Of a DNA stretch of 64,000 bases, positions 41,325 through 53,097 are shown piece after piece (the first letter of the stretch is position 1; every line of letters starts with the position of its first letter). The position numbers and the translations under genes are program-made. Source of the stretch: Endomicrobium sp. (lineage in GTDB: Bacteria > Elusimicrobiota > Endomicrobiia > Endomicrobiales > Endomicrobiaceae); the NCBI GenBank assembly GCA_031262585.1, contig JAISHK010000005.1, forward strand, positions 9,917 through 73,916, given 5' to 3'. The notes beneath the pieces are model-generated. The model saw only the letters and a list, made by a program, of their open reading frames with translations, had not been told where the DNA came from and searched no databases.

Positions 41325-43112
41325 TTATTCATTCATTTTTAATACCGTTACAAATGCTTCAGAAGGTATTTCAACCTTCCCAAATTGTCTCATTTTACGT
41401 TTTCCTTCTTTTTGCTTTTCAAGAAGCTTACGTTTCCTAGTTATATCGCCTCCGTAACATTTAGCAAGAACATCTTTACGCAGTGCCGCAATTGTTTCTC
41501 TAGCAATTATTTTATTGTTAACTTTTGCTTGTATAGGAACTTCAAACATATGGCGGGGAATAATACCTTTTAATTTTTCAGTGAGATAGTGTGCTGTTGT
41601 TTGTACTTTGTCTTTGTGCGTTATGATTGTAAAAGCGTCTACGACTTTAGAGTTTATCATGATTTCAAGCTTTACCAAGTTTCCAATTTTGGGAGCTGTG
41701 TGCTCGTAATCAAAAGAAGCATAACCTTTTGAAATTGATTTTAAAGCATCATAAAAACCGATAATGACTTCCGCAAGTGGCATATGATATTTTAATAATA
41801 CCGTTTTTGTATTCATATACTTCATTAAAATTTGTTTACCTCTTCTTTTTTGACAAAGTTCCATCATTGCACCTAAATATTCTGTTGGACAAATTATTGT
41901 AGAATTAATGTAAGGTTCCCAAATTTCTTCAATATCTGGATTATTTGGAAATTTTGCGGGGTTATCTATTGTAATATATTTGCCTTTGGTTTTTATTTTA
42001 TATGTTACGTTTGGAGCTGTAATCAAAAGATTTAAATCAAATTCTCTCTCTAGCCTTTCTTTAATTATCTCCAAATGCAAAGAACCCAAAAAGCCACATC
42101 TAAAACCAAAACCTAAAGCTAATGAAGTTTCAGGAAAGTATACCAGTGATGAATCTGAAAGTTTTAATTTGTCTAGAGCTGGTTTTAAATTGTCATATTC
42201 AGATGAGTTGTTAGGGTAAAGTCCGGCAAATACAAAAGGGTGTATTTCTTTATATCCTTCATGTGGACATTTTGTAGGATTTAAACTTTCAGTAATTGTA
42301 TCGCCAATTTTAATATCGTGTATATCTTTTATTCCTGCTATTACATATCCGACTTCTCCGGAATATATTTCATCGGACTCAATCATTTTGATTTTCATGT
42401 ATCCAACTTCAAGTACTTCATATTCCACATTAGAAGCAATAAATTTTATTTTCATTCTTTTGTAGATTTTTCCGCTGAAAACTCTTGTAATAACTATAAC
42501 ACCTCGATAAGAGTCGTAAAATGAATCAAAAATTAAAGCCGACAAAGGCTCATTTTTTTCAACTTTAGCTGGAGGAATATTTGTGATAACTGAATTTATT
42601 ATTTCTTTAATACCTATTCCTTCTTTTGCACTTGCAAGAATAGGTTCAGAATTTATTTCAAGGACTTCTTTCATTTGTTCATGGATGCTGTTAACATCAG
42701 CTGTAGGTAAATCGATTTTATTAATAACAGGAATTAATTTAAGATTTGCACTTTTTGCAAGTATGGTATTTGCAAGAGTTTGAGCTTCTATGCCTTGCGT
42801 AGCGTCTATTACTAAAATAGTACCTTCACACGCTGCAAGTGCTCTTGAAACTTCATACGTAAAATCAACGTGTCCAGGTGTATCAATTAAGTTAAGAATA
42901 TATTCTTTGCCTTTTTTATCTGTGTAATTCATTCTTACGGCTTTAGCTTTTATTGTTATTCCTCTTTCTTTTTCAAGCTCCATACCATCAAGAATCTGTT
43001 CTCTCATTTCTCTGCGAGGTATTGTTCCGGTGTATTCAAGCAATCTATCAGCAAGCGTACTTTTGCCGTGGTCTATATGAGCTATAATGCAAAAATTTCT
43101 TATATTAGACAT
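41325..43112 (-). CDS. lepA: Elongation factor 4 (LepA)
   Basis: AHIDHGKSTLADR, LIDTPGHVDF, GFRCGFLG.LH, AKCYGGDITRKRKLLEKQK. Confidence 0.98.
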   Translation of the reverse strand: MSNIRNFCIIAHIDHGKSTLADRLLEYTGTIPRREMREQILDGMELEKERGITIKAKAVRMNYTDKKGKEYILNLIDTPGHVDFTYEVSRALAACEGTILVIDATQGIEAQTLANTILAKSANLKLIPVINKIDLPTADVNSIHEQMKEVLEINSEPILASAKEGIGIKEIINSVITNIPPAKVEKNEPLSALIFDSFYDSYRGVIVITRVFSGKIYKRMKIKFIASNVEYEVLEVGYMKIKMIESDEIYSGEVGYVIAGIKDIHDIKIGDTITESLNPTKCPHEGYKEIHPFVFAGLYPNNSSEYDNLKPALDKLKLSDSSLVYFPETSLALGFGFRCGFLGSLHLEIIKERLEREFDLNLLITAPNVTYKIKTKGKYITIDNPAKFPNNPDIEEIWEPYINSTIICPTEYLGAMMELCQKRRGKQILMKYMNTKTVLLKYHMPLAEVIIGFYDALKSISKGYASFDYEHTAPKIGNLVKLEIMINSKVVDAFTIITHKDKVQTTAHYLTEKLKGIIPRHMFEVPIQAKVNNKIIARETIAALRKDVLAKCYGGDITRKRKLLEKQKEGKRKMRQFGKVEIPSEAFVTVLKMNE

Positions 43113-46100
43113 TTATTTATAATTCTGTCCTATTTTTTACAATCTCAAAATTTAAATATATCTTTTCAAAGACATATTCTATAAAAAATAGTTTCTATTC
43201 ACAAGTAGATACAATGATTGATAAGATATTAGAAGTTTTAGTGTTGATTAGTTTGTGCTAGTTTTTAAAATTTGTTTTAGCATTATGTTGTCATATTATT
43301 TATTTTAAAACGTCTATTCATATTTTATAATTCAAATTTTGGCCACTATAATTTTCAATCGTTTTTATTATAATGATTAATGTTACTAATTTTCTTCAGT
43401 TTCATTTCAATTTTTCATTCTAGACTTTAGCAAATTAGCATAATCTTTAAATAGTGCAGAGTCACAATGCTGAAGTAGTAATAGCATTCCAAATATTAAT
43501 ATTATAAATGCGTATACAATATATTTACAAATATATTTCCCATGATAACATTATCTTTATTTTTTATTAGCTGGGGGGATATCTTATTTTTATTTAAGTA
43601 TATTATCTTCTTCTAGATGAAGTTTAGTTAACATTTTGTATTTTTTATTTCAGATTATCTTTAATACGGATCTAGATTTGCACATGTCTTCTTGAATCAG
43701 ATAAAATTAATCCTAGAAAATTTTTCATTAAGTTACGTATTGAAATTCCCATTTCAATATTTATAAATTAATATCCGTGTTTTGCTTTTTAATTGATACA
43801 AGACAGTATTTCATTAAAAAATTAATGGCTAAAATTTACGATAGTAAAAAATAATAACAGTTTTAAACTGTGTTTTTTTGGTTTTTCTTGAGAATAGTTG
43901 ATTTAGGACTTATTAATGTAGTTTCTGTTGGAATATTAGTTTTTCAGCATGAAAAGCAGTAATTTTTATCGCAAATTTACTTATTTTTCATTTTTTATGC
44001 AACAAAAAACAATCTTTATCTTTACGATATTCCAGCATTGGCACTTTGCTTGATTCTAAAACATTAAACCTGATAACTATATATTCCAAATAACTTTATC
44101 AATTTTTCTTTCGCCAATTTTATTCGACATTTACATAAGAGATAAGAATGTTCGTCAAAATTAAAGAATTGATATGTTTATTGTTTTTTTATGATTTAAC
44201 TGTTGTTTTTCTTTTTAGAATGCAAGTTTTGTCAATGTAAAAACCAATACATTTTAACTTGTTTTTACGTTAGCGTAGTAGTTTACTTACAGTAGATAAA
44301 AATAATAATGTAGTATTGGGTTTTGTTGTTTTTTTAACTTTAAATTCTTACTTAATATTTTTAAGTTGTTTAGTTTTTTTAATTCAACTTAAGCATCAAT
44401 TGGTTTAACTAATGAGCAGAAATGATTGCTGTTTAATTGTATGTTCTCATGTCTGTTATTACTAGTTTGATTTTATTGGTCTTTCTTACATTTTTATGAT
44501 TTATTAGAATGACATTTATTTTTCTTCATGGTTTGTGTTTTGAATTTTTTTATTTTGCCTCTTTCTTTTTTGATTTTTGAGATAAAATTTTTTTGTACTG
44601 TTTCATTTTTTTATTAGAACCGAGGTTTTTTGGTTTATTGACTTTATTCTGTTTGGTTATGTTTTAGTTACATCTGACCTCTTTCTTGTGAAGTAGTGTT
44701 TTTATCTTCGTAATAGTTGGATTGAGATAAAAATAATTAGTTAAGAACTATAGAAATTAAAATAATGATATTCTGATACCCTTCTATCAAAATTTTCTTT
44801 TATTTGTTATTATTGGTACAATAATTGGATATTACAAATTTAGTTGTAGATACTGTTGTTTGTTACAGTAATTGTAACATAGAGAACTATTTATTATGCT
44901 TCAGTTCTTGTTGATAGAACTGTAAAGCTGATAGTGGGGTGGTTTTTTTTAGCAGATGAACATACAAAATCAATTTTGTCAAATCTTTGATTATGTTTAT
45001 AAGATTTTCTGTAAGTGAAAAATAGTTTCGTTTAGGTCGTGGTAATTGTTGTTAAATATTGCACTTTCTTACGAGGTATCTTTTTAATGTTTTCAATACT
45101 TACTGTTTTCTTTCCTTTTAGATTAATTTGCAGTGTCTAAAGATAAAAATGTTTCATTTAAATATTTAATTTGAATAGATATTATGTATGACATATCTAT
45201 CTATTTTAATCTTTTTTTCGTCGTTGATTCATTTTTACTTCTTTTGAATATGATATAAATATTTTAATTCTTTTCATTTTTGTCAGATTTATTGAATTTG
45301 CTATTTAGAAATATTTCTTTTTCGAATTTATTTGCGTTTAAAACACATAGTTAAAAAGTTTGTGTTCTTTTTTTTATAATTTTTAAAAATATGTTTATTT
45401 GTAATTAATTTTTTTTAATTTTATTTTTAACATTAATAAAAAAAATAAAGGTGCCTGAAGTAAATAAATGGTTATTTCAGTAAATTGAGATTGAGTAAAA
45501 TAGATGTTTTGTTGATCAAATTGAATTTTTTTCTGAAATGAAAAGGATGAAAAAAACTTTATCATCAGAAGTATTAATCTGCAAATTTTTATGTAATATT
45601 TTAAATATGAAAAATTATTCTATCAAAATGTGCAAAATTTTTTTGTCAAATTTTGTTTTGAAATCTTTTAAAAGTATCGTATAATTCTAGACTTAATATA
45701 TGAGTTTTTGTCTCATATCTATAGTTCAATTTGAAGTTGTATTATATTCTTTTTCAGTATATTTTTAGAATAAAAAGTAAAATAATTATGATCATCATTA
45801 TTGGATATTACAATAAATATTTATTTTTTTCATTGTAAGTTTTTATCTATCAACTTGTTTCAATTATATTTCTTTTTATAGTGCTGTTTTCGAGAATTTA
45901 AAACTTTATATTCTTAAGTTCTCGTTGTTTTTTATGATGGTTTTAAATGGTAGGTTAGGTATTGAGTATTAAACTTAATGTTAAAAATATACTTAATTGA
46001 TTCTTTTCATACTTTTATCCTTTTTAAAAAGTATTTTTAGATACTTGTTTTTTGTATCTAATATTTTCGGTAGATTATATATTTGACTCTCTATATTCAT

Positions 46101-46475
46101 ATTTTATCAGATTAAAAATAGTAAGAATTAATTTTGGATCAAATAAAATTAGAATCTACTATAATTGTAGAAACTAAATATGCTTTTTGACAGTATAAAC
46201 AAAAATAGCTTCCCCAAAACCTTAAAAATTTTACTAAATCGTTTATAATAATTGTTTATAACACTTTTCTGATATACAGAGTTTGAACTAGTCTGTTATA
46301 ACAATATGAATTAAATTTAGAGACATGATTATGAATAAAAAAACGTAAACTCTCTTTACTATTCAATACAAACATTAATATTTTTGTGCATTTGTGGGCA
46401 TTACTTCGAGTAAAAAAGATGTAGCTTTATTAAAACTCTGTTTTTCTATTTTTCATATAAAGTCATTTTAGTTTA

Positions 46476-47642
46476 TTACCATTTTATTTTACTTATACGT
46501 TTTATTGCTTCTTTAATTCTTTCAACGGTTACAGTAAGAGCAAATCTTATATATCCTTCACCGCTTTTACCCATACCATCACCGGGTGTGCAGACTATAG
46601 AAGCTTCTTCAAGTAACTTAGAAACAACCTCTAATGAGGTATACCCGTTAGGAATTTTACTCCAAACGTAAAAAGAAGCTTTAGGTAGAGTAACATCCCA
46701 ACCTAATTTTTTCAAACCTCTTACTAAAGTGTCTCTTCGTTCTTTATATATTTTTCTTGCCGTTTCAACGCATTTTTGATTTGATGTAAGAGCTGTAACA
46801 GCTGCTTCCTGAATAGCTTGAAAAACACCTGAATCATAATTGTCTTTAACCTTTGCGATACCTGCGACTATTTCTTTATTACCACAAACCCAGCCTATAC
46901 GCCAGCCTGTCATATTATAAGTTTTTGAAAGAGAATGAAATTCAACGCCGACTTCTTTCGCATTTTTAAATTCAAGAAAACTTAAAGGTTTTTCTTTTTC
47001 ATCATAATAAATTTCGGAATATGCTGCATCGGCTGCTACAATTATATTATTCTTTTTTGCAAATTCTATGAGTTTGATATAAAATTCTTTAGGAGCGACC
47101 GCAGCTGTTGGATTATTAGGATAATTAATGAAAATTAATTTAGCTTTTTGGGCGATTTCTGTAGGTATTGCATCCAAATCCGGGAGAAAATTATTTTTTT
47201 CAAGTAAAGGCATAAAATACGAAATGCCATCTGCAAAAATTGTACCGGTATTATAAACAGGATAGCTTGGTTCTGGGACTAAAACTATATCACCGGGATT
47301 GACAAATCCTAAGTGTATGTGCCCTATTCCTTCTTTAGAACCTATAAGAGCACAAATTTCGTCAGTATTTAAGTTGATATTGAATCTTTTCTTATACCAA
47401 TAAGAAACGGCGTTTCTAAAGAGCAATGAACCTGCTCCAAAAGGGTATTGATGATTTATAGGTTTTGCTACTGCTTCTTGCATAGACTTTACAATATGTT
47501 CAGGTGTGGACATGTCAGGATCACCAACGCCTAGTGATATTATGTCTGCTCCTTTTTCTACTGCTTCTTTCTTTTTTTTATCTATTTCAATAAAAAGATA
47601 GGGCGATAGTTTTTTTAATTTGTCGTTATAGTGAAATTTCAT
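46476..47642 (-). CDS. dapL: LL-diaminopimelate aminotransferase (class I PLP)
   Basis: PYLF, LGVGDPD, GSKEGI, NYPNNPT, SLSKTYNMTGWRIG; last gene of the dap operon. Confidence 0.88.
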   Translation of the reverse strand: MKFHYNDKLKKLSPYLFIEIDKKKKEAVEKGADIISLGVGDPDMSTPEHIVKSMQEAVAKPINHQYPFGAGSLLFRNAVSYWYKKRFNINLNTDEICALIGSKEGIGHIHLGFVNPGDIVLVPEPSYPVYNTGTIFADGISYFMPLLEKNNFLPDLDAIPTEIAQKAKLIFINYPNNPTAAVAPKEFYIKLIEFAKKNNIIVAADAAYSEIYYDEKEKPLSFLEFKNAKEVGVEFHSLSKTYNMTGWRIGWVCGNKEIVAGIAKVKDNYDSGVFQAIQEAAVTALTSNQKCVETARKIYKERRDTLVRGLKKLGWDVTLPKASFYVWSKIPNGYTSLEVVSKLLEEASIVCTPGDGMGKSGEGYIRFALTVTVERIKEAIKRISKIKW

Positions 47643-47666
47643 TTTTTATTCCTTTTCATTTTGTAG

Positions 47667-48449
47667 TTATATTTTGTTTAGATTTAAAACATCAGACATA
47701 TCGTAAAGTCCAGCTTTCTTGCCTAATAACCATTTTGCTGCTCTAATGGCTCCAATTGCAAAAGTATCTCTTGAATGAGCCCTATGGGTTAACTCAATTC
47801 TTTCTCCTTGACCTACGAAATATATTGTATGATCGCCTACAATGTCACCCGCTCTTATAGCAAAAATCCCTATTTCATCTTTTTTTCTAACGCAATCTGA
47901 ACAATGCCTTCCATAAATGCCAACATCTTTAATGTTTTTACCTAATGAAAATGCTGCAATTTCAGCAAGTTTTACAGCTGTGCCTGATGGAGAATCTTTC
48001 TTTTTATTATGGTGAAGTTCAACAATTTCAATGTCGTATTCTTTAGCTTTTTTGGCGGTAATCTCAATAAGCTTAAATAAAATATTAACGCCAATTGACA
48101 TATTAGGTGATAAAACAATAGGAATGCTTTTTGAAATATTGTTGTGTATTTTTAATTTTTGCTCTTCACTAAAACCTGTGGTTCCTATGACAATGGGGAC
48201 ATTATATTTTTTTGCTGTTTCTAAGTTTTTTAGAGCGCTTTGAGGATTTGTAAAATCTATAATTGCATCTGTTTCAGTTAAAAATTTTTCTAAATTATCA
48301 ATGGAAGAGATAGGAGGTTCACCAGTCCCTATAGCCGTACTTTTATTGCATTCTAAAGCACCTATAATTTTAATGTCCTGATTAGTCTTAGCTATAGAAA
48401 TTATTGCTTGTCCCATTCTGCCAGCAGCTCCGCAAACGGTTATCTTCAT
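47667..48449 (-). CDS. dapB: 4-hydroxy-tetrahydrodipicolinate reductase
   Basis: GAAGRMG, IDFT, GTTG, PNMSIGV, ELHHNKKKDSPSGTA. Confidence 0.97.
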   Translation of the reverse strand: MKITVCGAAGRMGQAIISIAKTNQDIKIIGALECNKSTAIGTGEPPISSIDNLEKFLTETDAIIDFTNPQSALKNLETAKKYNVPIVIGTTGFSEEQKLKIHNNISKSIPIVLSPNMSIGVNILFKLIEITAKKAKEYDIEIVELHHNKKKDSPSGTAVKLAEIAAFSLGKNIKDVGIYGRHCSDCVRKKDEIGIFAIRAGDIVGDHTIYFVGQGERIELTHRAHSRDTFAIGAIRAAKWLLGKKAGLYDMSDVLNLNKI

Positions 48450-48472
48450 TTTAAAACTCCGTTATTTAAATT

Positions 48473-49348
48473 CTACTTCAATAGTCCAAAATCTTTTAAA
48501 GCTTTAATTAATTTTGTTTTGTTTGACTCTTCCATTTCGCACATAGGGAGTCTTAGATTAAGTTCGCATATACCTAATAAAGCAGCTGCAGTTTTTATCG
48601 GTATAGGATTTGTTTCTATAAACATTGTTTTAAGTAGCGGTAAAAGTTTGTAGTGAATTTTTGTTGCTTCTTTAATATTGCCCTTTTTAAAAGCCTTTAA
48701 TAGAGATATTACCCCTGAAGGAATAATATTAGATAAAACAGAAATTACACCTGTGCCGCCTATTGATAATATTGGAAGGGTTAGAGCATCGTCTCCGGAT
48801 ATAAGGTCAATATTATTATTTAATGCTATTATATTGCTCATTTGTGTTAAGCAGCCAGACGCTTCCTTAACGCCTACAATGTTTTTGCAGTTTTTAAAAA
48901 GTTTTGTCATTGTACCAGTTTCAATGTTTACACAAGTTCTTCCGATAATATTATAAAGAACAATTGGAATATTTACTGCATCAGCTATGGACTTAAAATG
49001 TAAGTATAAACCTTTTTGCGTGGGCTTATTATAGTATGGCGCCACTACTAAAGCTCCATCGCATTTTACTTTTTTTGCAAATTGTGTAAAGCGTATTGCT
49101 TCCGAAGTTGAATTAGCACCCGTTCCTGCAAGAATTTTCATTTTTCCTTTTGCATATTTAACACAAAATTCTATAACTGTTTCATGTTCTTCATAAGATA
49201 AAGTAGGAGATTCTCCAGTAGTACCACAAGGAACAATGCCGTCAATACCGCTTTTGTATTGTTTTTCAATCAATTTTTTTAATGCGTCATAATCAATTTT
49301 ATTATTTTTAAATGGTGTTATTAATGCTGTATATACTCCAGAAAACAT
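48473..49348 (-). CDS. dapA: 4-hydroxy-tetrahydrodipicolinate synthase
   Basis: TALITPF, GTTGES, PYYNKP, GVKEASG, SGDD, ETNPIP. Confidence 0.97.
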   Translation of the reverse strand: MFSGVYTALITPFKNNKIDYDALKKLIEKQYKSGIDGIVPCGTTGESPTLSYEEHETVIEFCVKYAKGKMKILAGTGANSTSEAIRFTQFAKKVKCDGALVVAPYYNKPTQKGLYLHFKSIADAVNIPIVLYNIIGRTCVNIETGTMTKLFKNCKNIVGVKEASGCLTQMSNIIALNNNIDLISGDDALTLPILSIGGTGVISVLSNIIPSGVISLLKAFKKGNIKEATKIHYKLLPLLKTMFIETNPIPIKTAAALLGICELNLRLPMCEMEESNKTKLIKALKDFGLLK

Positions 49349-49379
49349 GAAATCCTCCCGTTTGACATTGCTTATGAGT

Positions 49380-50192
49380 TCATATTTTAACTATGCCGTT
49401 AAATGCTACAACAACTGGACCTTCAAGAACAACATTCCCTATTTTGTTGTTTAAATTTTTAAGTGAAACAGAAAGTTCATCACCACCTCTTGCAATTATG
49501 TTTACAGGAGACTTTGTAAAATTTTTAAGTACAGAAATAATACCTGCGGCAATTATTCCCGTACCACACGCTAGAGTTTCTGCCTCAATACCTCTTTCGT
49601 AAGTTCTAACAAAAATTGTATTGTTTTTTACAACTTGTACAAAATTTACATTTGTACCATTTGGGGCAAATATTTTATTATATCTTATTTTTCTGCCGCA
49701 TTTTAAAAGATCAATTTTTTCAATGTCATCAACAAAAATTACAGTATGAGGAACGCCTGTATTTATAAAGTTTGCGTTAATTTTTATTTTATCAATTTCA
49801 ATTTCTATATTTGGTTTTATATCTTTAGGTTTGTACAGATTAAGACGTACTTTATCATTGGGTAAAATATTGGCGTTTATGGTACCAGCATCCGTCTCAA
49901 ATACCATTTTTGAATTTGTTATGTTTGAATCATAAGCGAATTTGGCTATAGATCTTGCACCATTGCCACACATTGAAGCGTGCGAACCATCAGAGTTGAA
50001 GTACTTCATTTTAAAATCTTTACGAATACTTTTTTCAAGTAAAATTAGCCCATCACCACCAATAGAATATTTTCTATTGCAAAGTTTTTTGGCAATGGAT
50101 TGACAATTCTCATGAATTATTATGTTTTTTCTATTGTCTATTAAAATAAAATCATTCCCTGCAGCAGTCAATTTTGCAAAATTTATTTTCAT
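49380..50192 (-). CDS. dapF: Diaminopimelate epimerase
   Basis: GNDF, NSDGS.ASMCGNG, TGVPH, ERGIEAETLACGTG. Confidence 0.97.
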   Translation of the reverse strand: MKINFAKLTAAGNDFILIDNRKNIIIHENCQSIAKKLCNRKYSIGGDGLILLEKSIRKDFKMKYFNSDGSHASMCGNGARSIAKFAYDSNITNSKMVFETDAGTINANILPNDKVRLNLYKPKDIKPNIEIEIDKIKINANFINTGVPHTVIFVDDIEKIDLLKCGRKIRYNKIFAPNGTNVNFVQVVKNNTIFVRTYERGIEAETLACGTGIIAAGIISVLKNFTKSPVNIIARGGDELSVSLKNLNNKIGNVVLEGPVVVAFNGIVKI

Positions 50193-50223
50193 TTAATTTC
50201 TCTTAATTATGCTAATAATCTAT

Positions 50224-51456
50224 TTATATTTCGTTCAACATCAAGTCTTGATAATTTGCTCTTTTTCTTATAACTGTAATTTTTTTGCCATCAACTAAAA
50301 CTTCTGGAATTTTCGGTCTTGAATTATAATCAGAAGACATTGCCGCTCCATAAGCTCCTGTACATTTTATTAAAAGGTATTTGCATTGTTTTACAGTGGG
50401 AAGCATTCTATCTTTGCCAATATAGTCTCCACTTTCGCATATAGGTCCTACGACGTCTGTTTTTACTTTTTTTGTATTTATTCTTTTTACTGGGATAATT
50501 TCATGGTAAGCTTTATATAAAGTAGGTCTTATTAAATCGTTCATTCCTACGTCTGTGATAAGAAAATTTTTCCCTCCAGAAACTTTTCTATATATTATCT
50601 TTGTAAGTAAATGCCCTGCATTTGCAATTATTGAGCGACCTGGTTCAAAAATGAATTTTTTATCTTTATCAAACACCAACAATAATTCAGAGATTAGTTT
50701 TTTAGGAGTTAGTATTTTTTGATTTTTCTCATATTTAATACCAAGTCCGCCGCCGCAGTTTATGTAATCAAGCTTTATATTATTTTTTTCTAGAGATTCT
50801 ATTATTTTTTTTATCTTTTCTGCAGCTAGTTTAAAGGGGACGATATCTAAAATTTGAGAGCCAATATGTGAATGTATACCGACAATTGTAATATTCTTTT
50901 TTTTCTTTGCCCGCAAATAAGCCTTAAGAGCATCTTTATAAGGTATACCAAACTTAGTTCCTTTTTTTCCTGTAGCTATATAAGAGTGTGTGTCGAGGTC
51001 AACGCACGGATTTATTCTAAATGAGATTTTTGCTTTAGTTTTTAATTTTTTGGCTATTGTATCTATCGTATCAAGCTCTTCAAAAGATTCTACATTTAAC
51101 ATAAGAATCTTGCTTTTTAAAGCATATTCTATTTCTTCCGATGTTTTACCCACTCCGGCGTAAACTATTTTTGCTGGTTTAAAACCAGCTCTTAAACATC
51201 TATATATTTCACCACCTGAAGTCGTGTCAGCTCCGGCACCAAGGTCTGCAAGTAACTTTAAAATTGTACCATTAGAGTTTGTTTTACAGGCGAAACAAAT
51301 AAGTCCATCTCTGTAACCTAACGCCTCTTTATAATCTTTAAAATTTTTTATTATTTGGTTTTTGGAATATATATACACACTTGTACCGTATTGTTTTGCG
51401 ATATCGGATAATTTAACTTGTTCTATATATAATTCATTTTTATCAAATTTTAGCAT
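50224..51456 (-). CDS. lysA: Diaminopimelate decarboxylase
   Basis: SGGE, HSHIGSQI, GGGLG, EPGRSI, GMNDLIRP, VGPICESGD, GAYG. Confidence 0.97.
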   Translation of the reverse strand: MLKFDKNELYIEQVKLSDIAKQYGTSVYIYSKNQIIKNFKDYKEALGYRDGLICFACKTNSNGTILKLLADLGAGADTTSGGEIYRCLRAGFKPAKIVYAGVGKTSEEIEYALKSKILMLNVESFEELDTIDTIAKKLKTKAKISFRINPCVDLDTHSYIATGKKGTKFGIPYKDALKAYLRAKKKKNITIVGIHSHIGSQILDIVPFKLAAEKIKKIIESLEKNNIKLDYINCGGGLGIKYEKNQKILTPKKLISELLLVFDKDKKFIFEPGRSIIANAGHLLTKIIYRKVSGGKNFLITDVGMNDLIRPTLYKAYHEIIPVKRINTKKVKTDVVGPICESGDYIGKDRMLPTVKQCKYLLIKCTGAYGAAMSSDYNSRPKIPEVLVDGKKITVIRKRANYQDLMLNEI

Positions 51457-51493
51457 TTAGTCTCCTGCACATACATAAACTACACATTTGTTA

Positions 51494-51523
51494 ATTCTAC
51501 AAAACCTTACACATTAGTGTCAA
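51494..51523 (-). promoter_or_regulatory. Sigma70-type promoter of the lysA-dap operon
   Basis: Minus strand TTGACA (51523-51518), 18 nt, TAGAAT (51499-51494). Confidence 0.5.
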
Positions 51524-52095
51524 AATAGAAACAGTTTATTCAAAAAATGAGATTTGTTTACTGTATTTTAAGAATTCCAAAGTTATTATGAAAATCTTTG
51601 AAACATTAATACTTATGCTTTATTACTTTGTTAATTACATTGTCGTTAATATAGATTTTCAAAGATATTTCTTGATTATCTGTTGTTACATTACATTTTA
51701 ATAGCAAATTCAGAGATATCTTTAGCGTTGAGTATTATATGATATTTTCTCCTTTAGAATTTATTTTAATTACAGGATTTAATTTTTTATATCTCTTCTT
51801 CAATATAAATAAGTTTCTCACTCATTTATACTCTACTATTTTTAATGTTTGATTAAGTATTATAATTTTTTACTTTGTTCGCTTCAATTATTATATGTTC
51901 CCAACTTTTTAATCTTTTTTCATATATAAATTATCCTTGACTTGAAGTGCTTCATCAACAATAATGTTGATACCTCGTTATATCTAATCTATGTTTGTGA
52001 AAAATTAAAATTTAATATAGTAAACACAAAACAACTAAAGTGTTATTTATTAAGTTTGATAAATAACTTTTAATTTATATTTATTATTTTAACGC

Positions 52096-53025
52096 TTAAC
52101 AATTTACAGAAGCTCTGTATTTTAAAATCTCCCATTTTTTATCTATGTCTTTTTGAATTGTTTCAAGAATGTGAGCATTTTCTTGTTTGAAAAGGTGCTT
52201 AAATCTTCCTTGAGGTTTTAAAAATTCAACTACTGGTTTTTTTTCTTTAGGCATAACATTTATTTTATAAACATCATTTTCAACTTCAAAAGATGGCCAT
52301 ATGCAAGTTTCAACCGCGAGTCTTGCAAGAGACATTGTGTCTTCAGGTTTATAATTCCAACCTAATCTGCATGGAGTTAAAATATTTATAAAAGATGGAC
52401 CATTAACATCTAAAGCTTTTTGCACTTTTGTTATAAAATCATTCCAATTACCTACGCAGGCTTGTGCAACATAAGGTATATTATGAGCTATCATTATTTG
52501 TGTTAAGTCTTTTCTGTTTTGCTCTTTTCCTTGACAAATTTTACCTGCAGGTGCGGTTGTAGTGTGTGCACCCTTGGGTGTTGCACCTGATCTTTGAATT
52601 CCTGTATTCATATATGCCTCATTGTTATAACATATATAAAGCATTCTATGACCTCTTTCCATTGCTCCAGATAGAGACTGTAGACCAATGTCGTAAGTTC
52701 CGCCATCTCCACCAAAAGCTATAAACCTTATATCTTCACTTATTCTGCCTTGTTTCTTTAGACTTTTATAAGCAGCTTCAATACCACTACAGGTTGCAGC
52801 AGAATTTTCAAAAGCACTGTGGAAAAATGAGTTTTTCCAAGCCGTGTATGGGAAAATTGTTGTTGAAACTTCTAAACAACCTGTTGCACTTGTAACTACG
52901 ACCGCGGTACTACCTGCTGCTATTAGTGTTTGTCTTGCAACTATGCCTGCACCGCAACCAGCACAAAGACGATGGCCTCCTGTAACACGTTCGGGATTTT
53001 TACTAAGGTCTTTTAAATTTACCAT
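52096..53025 (-). CDS. porB: Pyruvate:ferredoxin oxidoreductase beta subunit (TPP-binding)
   Basis: GHRLCAGCG, TGCLEV, GGDGGTYDIG, NEAYMNTG, QGRFKHL. Confidence 0.93.
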   Translation of the reverse strand: MVNLKDLSKNPERVTGGHRLCAGCGAGIVARQTLIAAGSTAVVVTSATGCLEVSTTIFPYTAWKNSFFHSAFENSAATCSGIEAAYKSLKKQGRISEDIRFIAFGGDGGTYDIGLQSLSGAMERGHRMLYICYNNEAYMNTGIQRSGATPKGAHTTTAPAGKICQGKEQNRKDLTQIMIAHNIPYVAQACVGNWNDFITKVQKALDVNGPSFINILTPCRLGWNYKPEDTMSLARLAVETCIWPSFEVENDVYKINVMPKEKKPVVEFLKPQGRFKHLFKQENAHILETIQKDIDKKWEILKYRASVNC

Positions 53026-53097
53026 TTTATTCTTCTCCTAAAGTAGTGTGACCACTCCTATCCTTAAAAGTTTAATTTTAAAAATTGTTTTAAAATA

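Noticed and set aside
46140-46456. Possible GNAT acetyltransferase remnant downstream of dapL (minus strand)
   Set aside because: Only vague resemblance (KIEKQSF, EAIFVYT); insufficient for a call.
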